Notes: generated by a model not told the origin, from the sequence alone. A DNA stretch of 64,000 nucleotides from Salinivirgaceae bacterium (GCA_050179685.1 JBFXEW010000017.1:1-64000); one strand, 5' to 3'; numbered from the stretch's first letter, positions 29,693 through 40,032 are shown. Translations and numbers: made by a program.

Positions 29693-29933
29693 TTAGGAAT
29701 TTTTTTCGAACGGAAGTCATAACCTCATCATGACTTTTTCCCTTTCCCTCATCCAGTTGATCGATTCCAATCCGGATGGCTTCCTGTTGCTCCGAAGTCA
29801 GACTTTGCCAATCATTAACATCGCTTTTCCCATTAATATAATTAAGCAACAATCCATAGGCTTCTTCCAATCGACTTCCTTTTAAAGAATCTAATTTTCG
29901 AATTAAATCGGTTTTAATTTCCGCTGTATTCAT
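29685..29933 (-). CDS. putative antitoxin (addiction-module component)
   Basis: 82 aa; an acidic small protein directly upstream of, and overlapping, the toxin ORF. Confidence 0.45.
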   Translation of the reverse strand: MNTAEIKTDLIRKLDSLKGSRLEEAYGLLLNYINGKSDVNDWQSLTSEQQEAIRIGIDQLDEGKGKSHDEVMTSVRKKFLNE

Positions 29934-30137
29934 AATTCAAATCTTTTTGTAAAGATAAGTATTTAATCATGGGTAATAAACCCCAAAGTTAACTTTGGTT
30001 ACTATTCCCCAGTAAACCTGACCTGCGAATAAGCCGGGCTTTAGAATAATATAACCTCCGCCAAAGGTGGAATGATTAATTTAAAATTCCTGCTTTTCAA
30101 TACAATCAAAAGCTCTAATTCGGTTGAGCCAAAAAAC

Positions 30138-30596
30138 TTAAATCTCAAATACCGATTTTCGTTCACCCGAAATGGCAAAAATACTTTGAAACTGATAGAT
30201 ATTATCCACATTCGATAATTTCTCTTCGATAAAGGTTTTAAACTCATGCATATCGCCAACCATTACCTTAAGCATTACATCGTGGTTGCCCGATATGTAA
30301 TAAAACTCCATTACTTCGGGAAACGACATCAGTTGCTTTTTGAAATTATCGACCACATCTTTGGTGTGCTTATTCATCGAGGCCATAATAAATATTACCG
30401 TACCCTTCCCTATTTTTTCGGGATCAATCTCGGCTTTGTATTTGCGTATCACACCGCTTTTTTCGAGCTTCTTTACCCGCTCGTAAACTGGCGTATTCGA
30501 TAAATGAATTTTTCCGGCCAGTTCCTTGGTGGTTATCCGACCATCGACCTGAAGGATTTTAAGGATGCGTTTATCGGTTTCGTCAAGCTTTAGCAT
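30138..30596 (-). CDS. Lrp/AsnC family transcriptional regulator
   Basis: 152 aa; an N-terminal HTH (DKRILKILQVDGRITTKELAGKIHLSNTPVYERVKKLE) + RAM domain. It is divergent from the aminotransferase gene. Confidence 0.85.
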   Translation of the reverse strand: MLKLDETDKRILKILQVDGRITTKELAGKIHLSNTPVYERVKKLEKSGVIRKYKAEIDPEKIGKGTVIFIMASMNKHTKDVVDNFKKQLMSFPEVMEFYYISGNHDVMLKVMVGDMHEFKTFIEEKLSNVDNIYQFQSIFAISGERKSVFEI

Positions 30597-30775
30597 AGTT
30601 TACAGGTTTTATTACGTGTTTTTTCTACTTAGTAAAGCATTCGCTCAACAAAACTAAACATATCTTCTGTTATTTTATCATTTCATAGTTGTTTTTTCTG
30701 TATATAAGCTTCATTAAAGAAAATATACAAAGTTGTGATACCTTTGATAGCACAAATACTTTAAAACTTTTTGCC

Positions 30776-32020
30776 ATGGTAACCGATTTAGACCTTATTT
30801 TTTCCGATATGGTAAAACGCAGCAAGCGTTCGGCCATACGCGAGATATTAAAACTTACCCAACAACCTGAAATTATATCATTTGCCGGTGGTTTGCCTGC
30901 TCCCGAATCGTTCCCTATCGACGATTTAAAAGAAATCGTAAATCAGGTGCTGTATAACGATGGTGCTGCCGCCCTGCAATACGATGCTACCGAAGGACTG
31001 AAAGAATTGCGCGAAACGCTGGTAAAAAAATACCAGGATGAAGGCGTAAACTGTAGTGTCGATAATTTAATAATTACCACCGCATCGCAGCAAGGCCTCG
31101 ATTTATTAGGCCGGGTATTTTTAAACAAAGGCGACAAGGTTATTTGCGGTTTGCCCTCGTATTTGGGTGGTATAAGTGCGTTTATGTCTTACGGGGCGCA
31201 AATGGTAGGCGTTCCACTCGATGATAAAGGCATGCGAGCCGATGTTTTGGAAAGTCGCCTTAAAGAACTGAAAGCAAAGAACGAAAAACCCAAATTCATT
31301 TACATCATTCCCGACTTCCAGAATCCGGCCGGTATAACCATGCCAAAAGAACGGCGTCAACAGATTATTGAATTGGCTCTGGAATACGATGTTTTGATTG
31401 TAGAAGACAGTCCATACCGCGAAATTCGTTTCGAAGGCGAACATCAACCCATGATGTACCAAATGGACACTACAGGTCACGTGATTACCCTGGGTACTTT
31501 CTCAAAAATTGTAGCTCCGGGATTCCGTATTGGCTGGGTATTAGCCGACCCTAAAATTTTGGACAAAATGGTGGTATCGAAACAATCGGCCGATTTATGT
31601 ACGCCCACTTTTGTACAAAAAATTGCTGCTAAGTATCTTAAATCGCCCCAGTTTACTAAAAATTTAAAACAAACCATCGATTTGTACCACAAACGCCGCG
31701 ACATTATGCTCGAAGGATTTCGTCGGTACATGCCCGAAGGCGTAAGCTGGACCGAACCCGAAGGCGGATTGTTCCTTTTTGTAACCCTTCCTGAATACAT
31801 GAACGCCGAAGAATTGTTTTTTAAAGCGGTCGAGAAGAAAGTGGCTTATGTAATCGGACAGGTATTTTATGCCGATGGCAGCGGGAAAAACACCCTGCGC
31901 CTGAATTTCTCGTTTGTAAACGAAGAACAAAATCGCGAAGGCGTAAAACGTCTGGCCGAAGTCATAAAAGAAGAAATAGCCCGGCATAAAAAAAACCAGC
32001 TCCAGGAATCCGCTCTTTAA
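30776..32020 (+). CDS. PLP-dependent aminotransferase (class I/II fold)
   Basis: PLP-lysine context (TFSKIVAPGFRIGW) is present. The start is chosen at the internal ATG 30776 (MVTDL...), because the longer ORF from 30689 begins in a low-complexity leader. Confidence 0.75.
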   Translation: MVTDLDLIFSDMVKRSKRSAIREILKLTQQPEIISFAGGLPAPESFPIDDLKEIVNQVLYNDGAAALQYDATEGLKELRETLVKKYQDEGVNCSVDNLIITTASQQGLDLLGRVFLNKGDKVICGLPSYLGGISAFMSYGAQMVGVPLDDKGMRADVLESRLKELKAKNEKPKFIYIIPDFQNPAGITMPKERRQQIIELALEYDVLIVEDSPYREIRFEGEHQPMMYQMDTTGHVITLGTFSKIVAPGFRIGWVLADPKILDKMVVSKQSADLCTPTFVQKIAAKYLKSPQFTKNLKQTIDLYHKRRDIMLEGFRRYMPEGVSWTEPEGGLFLFVTLPEYMNAEELFFKAVEKKVAYVIGQVFYADGSGKNTLRLNFSFVNEEQNREGVKRLAEVIKEEIARHKKNQLQESAL

Positions 32021-32382
32021 GCGCTTCCCAAGGCCCTGTTTAAAGGCATTAGCACACGGAAAAAAATCGTCTATACGGTTTTAAAAAAGCGTATAGATGG
32101 TTTTTTATAAATGTCTATACGCTTTTTTATAAGCATCAATATGGTTTTATACCGTTGCAGTGACGCATATAATACCGGATATTTAATTATCCTTTAATTC
32201 GAAACTATAAACGTGAGTCCGATGTAAAAAAAGCAAAATGAAAATTATTTATAAGAAAATGAATTCACCCCTAAAGTCTCCGCCGGGGCGGAACACTTTT
32301 TCCAAATTAATTTTTTTCTGAAAAGGGGCTGTCCCCCTTTGAAGGGGGTTAGGGGGATGAATATTCTTATGTCGAACTCACG

Positions 32383-32661
32383 TTATAAGGCCATCACTCC
32401 CTGAATTTCAGAAACTCTTTTCGTAATTTCAATAATATGCTCAGCCGAAGCCATGGTGTGGGTGCAGGTAACCGAAACATACTTCAGATTCTGAGTGTGT
32501 TTGTATGATATTTCACCTTCGGGGGGTAATAAGCTTACCACCCGCTCCACATTGCCGTTTTTATTGGGGACCACAAACTTAAACATGTACAAGCGTGGCC
32601 ATTGCGGATTATTGAGTAATAACTGTTTGAGTTTTTCGTAAGACTGATGTACCGAACTCAT
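32383..32661 (-). CDS. small conserved hypothetical protein (YbeD/DUF493-like)
   Basis: 92 aa; weak resemblance to the YbeD family. Confidence 0.3.
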   Translation of the reverse strand: MSSVHQSYEKLKQLLLNNPQWPRLYMFKFVVPNKNGNVERVVSLLPPEGEISYKHTQNLKYVSVTCTHTMASAEHIIEITKRVSEIQGVMAL

Positions 32662-32667
32662 TACTTA

Positions 32668-33063
32668 TTAATTAGCACTGCGTTTTAGCATCTGTTCATT
32701 CAACCATTCCATGGCCTCGTCTTCTTTAGTAAACAGTTTTGTAGGCACCTTGGGCTTACTAAACTTTAAATACAAATTGGCAAAGTAGCTCGACAGGCGC
32801 GACTCAATCAAAATAGCTTGTCCGGCCACATGGGGGCGGTACTGGGCAGCAGCATATTCGCGGGTTCGGGAATCGATAAAAAACAAATCGCGCATATCCA
32901 CCAGATTGGCGCACAAACGGGTTCCATTCCACTCGTCCCCTACCCGGGTCATCTCTTTTACCGTTTCTATATCGAGCGTGCATTTATTAATGGCGATGTA
33001 TTTATAGATTTGATCATCGCCCTGAACTACCTTTAATTTGTCGTTAATTACAATACTTTGCAT
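32668..33063 (-). CDS. hypothetical protein
   Basis: 131 aa; tightly linked to the downstream small ORF. Confidence 0.3.
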   Translation of the reverse strand: MQSIVINDKLKVVQGDDQIYKYIAINKCTLDIETVKEMTRVGDEWNGTRLCANLVDMRDLFFIDSRTREYAAAQYRPHVAGQAILIESRLSSYFANLYLKFSKPKVPTKLFTKEDEAMEWLNEQMLKRSAN

Positions 33064-33250
33064 AGGGAATAATTTTTATGTTGAACACTCTTAGTTTGCT
33101 TCCAATCAATGCTAAAAAGTTAATAAGTTCGCTGTTTATCCAAATTCCATCCCCACCCTATCAATCTGAACACTTTGCTTTGCGAAAAACTTTAACTTCT
33201 ACGTAAAAACTTTCTTATAGTTGTATCGCTTTTCCCAAATATTTATCGGT

Positions 33251-36200
33251 TTAGATGGGCAATTTTTGCCACCTGCTGTATAAGCGGCGCAGCTTAAAGC
33301 GCTCAAAGTACACAATGGTGCGACGCATAAAGTCGAAATACAGGGTTACAAAAAAGATAAAAGTCATAAGCCATACGATAATCATATTAAACCAGGGGGT
33401 TGGAAAAACCAACTCGCCCACACGTTTAAAGGGAGCATAAAAATGAGCCCTTCCCCAAAGGTGGGTTGGATTTTTATATACCGGATGCTTTTTGCGGATG
33501 TACTTAGTCCCATCGAACACAATTTGCCGCGGCTCGTTCTTAGCCAAAACCCATTGCGCCAGATTCTTGTTGTAATGCTTTTGCTTAAATTCCAGCAAAG
33601 CCTCAGCACTGCCCAATTGTGTTAATAATACCTGATAAATACTGTCTTTTTGCCGGCTGAGAACTGCATAAACCAACTGCTCGGTTTTCGACAGACTGTC
33701 GAGTTGCGATTTCAAAAGGGTATGCAGCTGTTGGTTGTAATCATTCAGCGTAAAAGCACTTTCGGGCATACCTGTTTCCCGCAACCAGAGCGTTTCTCCA
33801 TTCCAAAACACTTGTTTATTTAACACAGCCAAATGTAAAGCCGCATCGTCTGTCCGTTTTTTATCGAGTGCATATTGCACTTCGTTATTTCGCATTTTCA
33901 ATTCGGGAATCAGGTACCCGTAATTGAACGAACAGGTACTCATTTGCTGCTCCAACTCAAAAAAATGCTCTTCGAAAGCATTGTTCATAAACTGATTTAC
34001 CGCCAGGGCTTCATAACCCCAACGCGAAGTCATTATATCGCCAATAAGCGGCACCTGTTCTTCGTTGGCAATGGAACTGTGCAACTTGTCGAATTCCACA
34101 ATCACACCGCTAAAGAGCATCTGGGGAACCAAAATTAAAGGAATTGAAATATAGATGGAAACCACCGAATTTAATCCGCTGCTGATATTCAGCCCCAGCA
34201 TATTGGCAAAACTGGCCACACTAAAAAGTATCAGCCAATAACTCAGGGTAAGTCCCTGAATCTCGAGTATGCTGTTGCCAATAAGCACAAAAGTTAATGT
34301 CTGGATGGCCGAAATAGCAAATAGCACCACTATTTTTGCGCTCAGGTAGCTGAAACGCGAAAGGTTTAAAAATGATTCCCGCTGCAAGAGTTTGCGGTCT
34401 TTAATAATTTCTTCGGCGCTTACATTCAGTCCTAAAAAGAGCGCTACCACCACACACATAAACAAATAGGCCGGAATATTCACATTCTCTGAAAACACAT
34501 AGCCACCACCTGCATGGGCATTTACCATGTATTTGGTAAAAAAGCCCAGAATAAGCGCCAGTAAAGGGCCTTCTAAAAAGTTGATAAGCAAATATTGCCG
34601 GTCTTTTAGTTTCGATAAGGCATCGCGCGAAAAATAAATGCGGAACTGTTCCCAGCGCGATGGAATACTAAACAGGTTGGGCGGTAATTTCTCTTTCTTA
34701 TCTTTTGCTGCGGTTTCTTTCCACTTAAATTTATCTTCGAAGTTGATGCGGTAATAATTGTACCAGGCCTGCGGGGTAATTTTTCGCTCGCGCACCAGCC
34801 GGCCATCGGGAGTAACTTTACGTGCCTCGATAATGCGCAGGGGTTGTTCTGTTTTTACATTTCCGCAGGTCTGACATTCGCGCTCTTCAGGATTTACATA
34901 GTGCGCCATCCGTTTAAAATACACAATGGCATCCATTGGATTTCCGTTGTGAATTACCCGTCCTCCTTTATCGATGATTAACAGCTTATCGAACAGCTTG
35001 TACAAATCGGACGATGGCTGGTGAATATTAATGATAACCAAACGGCCATGCACGGTTTGCCTTTTGAGCAGGGTCATCACCTTTTCCGAGTCCATGGAAC
35101 TCAATCCCGAAGTGGGTTCATCGACAAAGAGAATGCTGGGCTGACGAATTAGCTCCAGGGCAATATTCAGCCGTTTACGCTGACCGCCGCTCAACGTTTT
35201 TTTCAACGGACTGCCCACCACCAAATCTTTGGCTTCGGCCAAATCAAAATCGTCAAGTGCTTTGGCTACCAGCTGCCGAAGTTCGTCTTCGGGCAGTTTG
35301 CTAAAACAAAGTCGGGCGTTGTAATACAGATTCTCGTAAACGGTAAGTTCTTCAATAAGCAAATCGACCTGGGGCACATAACCAATTACTCCCTCGAGGT
35401 GCTCTTTTTCGGTTTTAATATCGTAGCCGTTGATGGTAATTTTGCCATGGCTCAACTTTAAATTCCCGTTCAGCACATTCAACAAGGTCGATTTTCCGGT
35501 TCCGCTACCGCCGATAATGCCAATCAATTGACCGCTACGCCCAACCAGACTGAATTTATGAACGCCTATCAGTTTTGGATTAAACTTATGTTCTACTTCG
35601 ATGGCTTTATAAACAATACGGTTTTTGTTGCGCTGCTCGAGAAACATTTCGTTGACCCGTCCATAATAAATGGGCGGCATCAGCGATGTTTTAATTACCG
35701 AGCCTGAGGCAAAGACATAAATTCGGTTTTGTTCAATATTGTATCCGTTCAGGTAAAGGTTCCTTCCGCCCGAGTATTTAAAAATAAACGAACTGGTACT
35801 GTTAATGCGGAGCATCCAAACCACCACCTGCTGCTTGGGATTGTAAATGTGTTTGAAAGCCTGCTTCTCGCGGCCTTTATCGCCACTTATAATCAGCAGC
35901 GACGTCAAATCGCTGATGGTTTCGGCATCACCCAATACAAAAGGCTTCAGGTTCAAATAATCGGCCGGGTCAATCTTTAGCTTTTTGGCCAGCACATCCA
36001 TCATTTCGTTTTCGGTGCTTCCCACCGAATCGCAACGCAGCAGGAACTCGAGCAAAAGCACAAAAAGCAATACCTTGGGTGCTTTTTCCATCTCCTGATT
36101 CAGCTTTTCGCATAGTAACGAAATGCGTTTCAGGTCAGCTTTTCGCTTGCTTTGCTCCCAATCGTGCTCCTGCAAAAAATCGGAACCATGAAAAGCACTT

Positions 36201-36367
36201 AAGTATTCGTCGTAAAGGTCGAGGTATTTTTTTGAGAGCTCCACATTGTACTGACGCTCGAGGTAATCTTTAATATAGCCATGAGCCCTGCGGTTTTTGA
36301 TTTCCTTATCGAAGTCGGTAAGCAGTGCAAAAAGCTGCATCAATGCATCCAACAGAAGTTCACTCAT
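33251..36367 (-). CDS. fused ABC transporter ATP-binding/permease protein (ABC-2/ABCG-like) with ~270-aa N-terminal extension
   Basis: 1038 aa; Walker A (GGSGTGKST), ABC signature (LSGGQRKRLNIALEL) and Walker B (ILFVDEPTSGLS) are present. The C-terminal half carries multiple TM helices. Confidence 0.75.
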   Translation of the reverse strand: MSELLLDALMQLFALLTDFDKEIKNRRAHGYIKDYLERQYNVELSKKYLDLYDEYLSAFHGSDFLQEHDWEQSKRKADLKRISLLCEKLNQEMEKAPKVLLFVLLLEFLLRCDSVGSTENEMMDVLAKKLKIDPADYLNLKPFVLGDAETISDLTSLLIISGDKGREKQAFKHIYNPKQQVVVWMLRINSTSSFIFKYSGGRNLYLNGYNIEQNRIYVFASGSVIKTSLMPPIYYGRVNEMFLEQRNKNRIVYKAIEVEHKFNPKLIGVHKFSLVGRSGQLIGIIGGSGTGKSTLLNVLNGNLKLSHGKITINGYDIKTEKEHLEGVIGYVPQVDLLIEELTVYENLYYNARLCFSKLPEDELRQLVAKALDDFDLAEAKDLVVGSPLKKTLSGGQRKRLNIALELIRQPSILFVDEPTSGLSSMDSEKVMTLLKRQTVHGRLVIINIHQPSSDLYKLFDKLLIIDKGGRVIHNGNPMDAIVYFKRMAHYVNPEERECQTCGNVKTEQPLRIIEARKVTPDGRLVRERKITPQAWYNYYRINFEDKFKWKETAAKDKKEKLPPNLFSIPSRWEQFRIYFSRDALSKLKDRQYLLINFLEGPLLALILGFFTKYMVNAHAGGGYVFSENVNIPAYLFMCVVVALFLGLNVSAEEIIKDRKLLQRESFLNLSRFSYLSAKIVVLFAISAIQTLTFVLIGNSILEIQGLTLSYWLILFSVASFANMLGLNISSGLNSVVSIYISIPLILVPQMLFSGVIVEFDKLHSSIANEEQVPLIGDIMTSRWGYEALAVNQFMNNAFEEHFFELEQQMSTCSFNYGYLIPELKMRNNEVQYALDKKRTDDAALHLAVLNKQVFWNGETLWLRETGMPESAFTLNDYNQQLHTLLKSQLDSLSKTEQLVYAVLSRQKDSIYQVLLTQLGSAEALLEFKQKHYNKNLAQWVLAKNEPRQIVFDGTKYIRKKHPVYKNPTHLWGRAHFYAPFKRVGELVFPTPWFNMIIVWLMTFIFFVTLYFDFMRRTIVYFERFKLRRLYSRWQKLPI

Positions 36368-36473
36368 GGTTTGTTCTATTTAGGAATTGAAAGGCCAAAA
36401 TACAAAAAAAACGGATGACCAAAAATGCGCTTCACACTTTTCCGGACATCCGTCTGTATTGTTTTCGGTATCT

Positions 36474-37301
36474 TTATTTTACAATTTCGGCACGAATTTG
36501 TGCAACCTCGGCTGCAATCGCCTCCATTTGACTTTGTGAGATACTGCCTTCATCCAATTGCTGATAAAGGGTATGGATGGGCGTCAACAAAGTTCCGGTT
36601 TCGGCTACGGCTTCGCTGGAGGTGTGTTCGGCAATCAAATCCATCAGCTTTTGCAAAGGTTCTTTCTGGTCCATCACAATTTTAACCATCTCCACATTGT
36701 TGTAAGTATCTTCCGATATGTGCATGGCTATATACAAAGCTTCGACCCAGCTTCCGGCCAACACCAATACCGAAACTGAACCGCGATTGGTTTTGTTTAA
36801 GTACTCATAAGTATTGTAAAAAGTATTGGTAATTAATTCAATCATCTGGTCTTTATCGTTCTCAGCCTGTTCTATTTTTTCGGGCAGGTTTTCATCAATG
36901 GCATCCGAAAAATCCAATTCTTCAATCAGTTTATTTGATGCATTCATATAATCGATGGTAATCTGCTTTTGGTTGTAAGTGCTGGCATAACTTAAATCGG
37001 CACTGTAAACGCCAAGGTTTAATGCCCGGCTTTTTTCGGTGAAGTATTTTTCAGCGTTTTCGGCAGGATTCGATAACGATAAGATATAAGAAGCTCCAAT
37101 ACGGTTCAGCATCTGGGTTACTTCAAAAGCTGTAGGCAAGGGATATACAAACTCAGCTACTTCAGTTTTTACCTGATCTTTTTTTAAGGTGTGAACCAGT
37201 GAGCTGTTTTGCTCTTTTTTGTTCGAATTACCGCAACATCCGGTTAACAGTACTACTGCGGTTGCCATTAAAATTAAAAAAGAAAACTTAACGAATCTCA
37301 T
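36474..37301 (-). CDS. lipoprotein, unknown function
   Basis: 275 aa; signal peptide + lipobox (LLTGCCG). Confidence 0.4.
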   Translation of the reverse strand: MRFVKFSFLILMATAVVLLTGCCGNSNKKEQNSSLVHTLKKDQVKTEVAEFVYPLPTAFEVTQMLNRIGASYILSLSNPAENAEKYFTEKSRALNLGVYSADLSYASTYNQKQITIDYMNASNKLIEELDFSDAIDENLPEKIEQAENDKDQMIELITNTFYNTYEYLNKTNRGSVSVLVLAGSWVEALYIAMHISEDTYNNVEMVKIVMDQKEPLQKLMDLIAEHTSSEAVAETGTLLTPIHTLYQQLDEGSISQSQMEAIAAEVAQIRAEIVK

Positions 37302-37434
37302 AACTATATAGGGTTTTAAATTTTGGTAAAGATAATTGAATAATCATTTTTGCGGTTTTTTATCGGTAATTTTTAAGTTAAATATTGCTAAACTAAATAT
37401 TTCCTATGTTTGCATCACTTAAAAACTACAAAAA

Positions 37435-37635
37435 ATGAACCCTCAAAAACGAAGTGATATCAAACCCGGACTTACGGTGAATATTGTATTGAAGCAGGAT
37501 CAGCGCAGTGGAAAACTAACCACGGGCGTGGTACAAAGCCTGTTAACCAACAGCAGCCATCACCCCCACGGAATAAAAGTAAGACTTACCAATGGCTTGG
37601 TGGGCCGGGTAAAAGAGATTCTGGATGAGGAGTAA
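37435..37635 (+). CDS. YwbE-family small protein
   Basis: 66 aa; motif G.VV..LT.S..HP.GIKV.L..G.VGRV is typical of YwbE/TIGR03833-like proteins. Confidence 0.5.
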   Translation: MNPQKRSDIKPGLTVNIVLKQDQRSGKLTTGVVQSLLTNSSHHPHGIKVRLTNGLVGRVKEILDEE

Positions 37636-37638
37636 GCG

Positions 37639-37833
37639 CTGGATAATAGACTACTAGATGTTAGATATTAGACTTTAGACGCTAGACTGAAGACTGTGAA
37701 CTGGTGGCTGGTGACTGGTTACTGAATTACCGAATCACTGGATCACGGAATCACTGGATAATAGACTACTAGATGTTAGATATTAGAATTTAGACGCTAG
37801 ACTGAAGACTGAGAACTGATGACTGGTGGCTGG
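37639..37833. repeat. direct repeat (~80-bp unit, 115-bp period, 2 copies) of 'tagac/cactgg' composite repeat family
   Basis: ctggataatagactactagatgttagatattagac(t/a)ttagacgctagactgaagactg(t/a)gaactg...ctggtggctgg occurs twice (37639-37711 and 37754-37833). Confidence 0.7.
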
Positions 37834-37955
37834 TTGCTATTTGGTCATTATTTATTACTTATTGCTCCTTAAACATGGCTAATAGTTATAATTATAATAC
37901 CAATCTTTTCGATAAATTATGTATCTTCATGCCGTTGGCTGTTTAAGGCTACAAC

Positions 37956-38903
37956 ATGAAAAAGTTTATTACGAGCATACTACCTTGTTTTATAGGTTTT
38001 GTACTGGGTGCATCGGTGCTGGTATTATTTTCTGCTATCCAAAAACTAAGTGCGGGCTATTCATTGCATCCAAAGGGTTTTGTGGTACCCCTATTTTTTG
38101 GCGGGGTGGTGGGCGTACTTTTATGTAAATGGCGGGGAATCTTAAAAGACAAACAACGCCGACTTTATCTCTCACAGCAAAAAGCATTAGAAAGCGATCG
38201 CTTAAAAGACTCTTTTTTAAAGAACCTTTCACACGAAATCCGCACACCCATGAACGCCATCTGCGGATTTTCCGAAATGCTGGATCAGCCCCACTATTCC
38301 GAAGAAGACAAACAATACTTTATAAAGAACATTCAGAATGGTAGTTATAAACTATTGGATATTGTAAACGATATTCTTACCATATCAACTATTGCCACCC
38401 AACAAGAGGTGGTTAGTAAACAGTCTACCCCCGTTAACCCGCTGCTTACCGCTTTGTATGATGCGTTTAAAGCAACAGCCGATGAAAAGAAACTGAACTT
38501 CATCCTCTCCCTTCCTCCAGACAATAAGCCTGTTGAACTGCTTACCGATAGTACCAAACTCAAACAGATTCTCAGCCATTTACTTTCTAATGCCTTTAAG
38601 TTTACTCAAAAGGGAAGCATCGAAATGGGTTACGGAATTAAGAAATCTGGTGCGATACTGGAGTTTTTTGTTAAAGATACCGGCATGGGAATTCAAGCCG
38701 ATGCTCACGATCTGATATTTGAACGTTTCAGGCACGCCAACCCATCAATTAGTGAAAATTACGGAGGCAGTGGACTAGGGCTGGCCATAGCCAAAGGTTT
38801 TGTTGAGCTGCTCGGTGGTAACATTCGGGTTGAATCGGAATACGGGCAAGGAGCAGCCTTTTATTTTACCCTTCCGTACCAAAATTTAGAGATTAGACCC
38901 TAG
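37956..38903 (+). CDS. sensor histidine kinase (2 TM + HisKA + HATPase_c)
   Basis: 315 aa; the H-box (LSHEIRTPMNAI) and G2 box (GSGLGLAIAKGFVELLGG) are present. The N-terminus is hydrophobic. Confidence 0.8.
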   Translation: MKKFITSILPCFIGFVLGASVLVLFSAIQKLSAGYSLHPKGFVVPLFFGGVVGVLLCKWRGILKDKQRRLYLSQQKALESDRLKDSFLKNLSHEIRTPMNAICGFSEMLDQPHYSEEDKQYFIKNIQNGSYKLLDIVNDILTISTIATQQEVVSKQSTPVNPLLTALYDAFKATADEKKLNFILSLPPDNKPVELLTDSTKLKQILSHLLSNAFKFTQKGSIEMGYGIKKSGAILEFFVKDTGMGIQADAHDLIFERFRHANPSISENYGGSGLGLAIAKGFVELLGGNIRVESEYGQGAAFYFTLPYQNLEIRP

Positions 38904-39040
38904 ACTGAGAACTGGTGACTGGTGACTGGATTCTGGATTACTGAATCACTGGATCACTGAAACACTGGATCACTGGAAAATAGACAATTAGACATTAGAC
39001 TGAAGACTGAGAACCGCTAACTGAGGACTGAACGCTGGTA
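38889..39040. repeat. second locus of the 'tagac/cactgg' repeat family
   Basis: gattagaccctagactgagaactggtgactgg...cactggatcactg...gacattagactgaagactgagaac. It overlaps the stop codon of the kinase gene. Confidence 0.65.
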
Positions 39041-39047
39041 ATTCCTT

Positions 39048-39845
39048 TTATTTCAATTCCAGCTTACGAAGGGTTAATGTGTTTGTCAATCGGTAGGTAC
39101 CTATAAATTCTCCATCAAAATCCATCTGCACGCCATTAATCACATCGATTCTTTTAATCAAACCCTGTTCCGAAACCCAGTCTTTAACTTCAAAGTCAGC
39201 AAAAAAACTATCAGGAGGATAAAGGTAATCGATGCGAAAAGCTAATGCACTGGCATGGCCAAGATCCACACTTTCGAATGCATTTACTTTTTTATCGAGT
39301 CGAAAATCTACAAGCCCCTCTTCCGTACCATAATTCCATTCCACACCCAGGTTTAAGGGAAACTTAAGCGCCAGGCGGGGTTCGTCGTAAATATGCAGGC
39401 TGTTGTCTCTGGCCTGATTGCTATTCCCAAAAAGCGAATAATACAAGGGTGCGGCCACCGAACCCCTTCCTTTTTTTAAGAAGGGTGCTCCCGGATTCCG
39501 GTAAGCAACAGCCCATAGACAGTTTTCGTCGAAGCGGTAATAATTTTCCATAAGCAGTGGCTCATTATTAATCCGCGATAAAAATTGCTTTACCGGCAGG
39601 GTATCGTTTAGCACCGTATCTTTGGCAATCCATACGCTTAACATCTGTTGAGCAAAGGTGTCGGTAGCTATAATCCTATCGGAACCTTCGTGTTCCAATT
39701 CCTGCATTACCGATACCAAGTCGTAAACCCATTGGGTACCGTTTTCCATCGGAAAAGAATTAAGGTATTCGGGCGATGCTGTTTTTTCAGTACATCCAAA
39801 GCCCAAGATTAATATAAGTAGTATTCCGGGTATAGTATTTTTCAT
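39048..39845 (-). CDS. lipoprotein, unknown function
   Basis: 265 aa; signal peptide + lipobox (LGFGCTEK). Confidence 0.4.
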   Translation of the reverse strand: MKNTIPGILLILILGFGCTEKTASPEYLNSFPMENGTQWVYDLVSVMQELEHEGSDRIIATDTFAQQMLSVWIAKDTVLNDTLPVKQFLSRINNEPLLMENYYRFDENCLWAVAYRNPGAPFLKKGRGSVAAPLYYSLFGNSNQARDNSLHIYDEPRLALKFPLNLGVEWNYGTEEGLVDFRLDKKVNAFESVDLGHASALAFRIDYLYPPDSFFADFEVKDWVSEQGLIKRIDVINGVQMDFDGEFIGTYRLTNTLTLRKLELK

Positions 39846-39999
39846 GATAAGAAGTTTTAGTAAAGCATCAAAATTTAAAGCATACAGGGAACGAATAAAA
39901 TGGCTAACAAATTTAATACATTTTTGCCTGGTTATATGCTAATTGCATTGAATCTTACATTTATTTACAGGATGAAAGGATTACTCATTCAGCAAAGAA

Positions 40000-40032
40000 C
40001 CCTGCCGCTAAACCCTGAACGGCAGGGTTTTT
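40000..40032 (+). terminator. orphan intrinsic-terminator-like hairpin
   Basis: A 10-bp stem (AACCCTGCCG/CGGCAGGGTT) is followed by TTTTT. No protein gene ends nearby on either strand. Confidence 0.4.

Noticed and set aside
33255-36273. Multiple 60-90 aa plus-strand ORFs across 33.2-36.3 kb
   Set aside because: All lie antisense within the 1038-aa ABC transporter gene, which has clear Walker/ABC signature motifs.
37639-39040. Considered whether the tagac/cactgg repeats are a CRISPR array
   Set aside because: There is no constant-length repeat/spacer periodicity and no cas genes. The units are 80-115 bp and internally degenerate, so this looks more like minisatellite/REP-like DNA.
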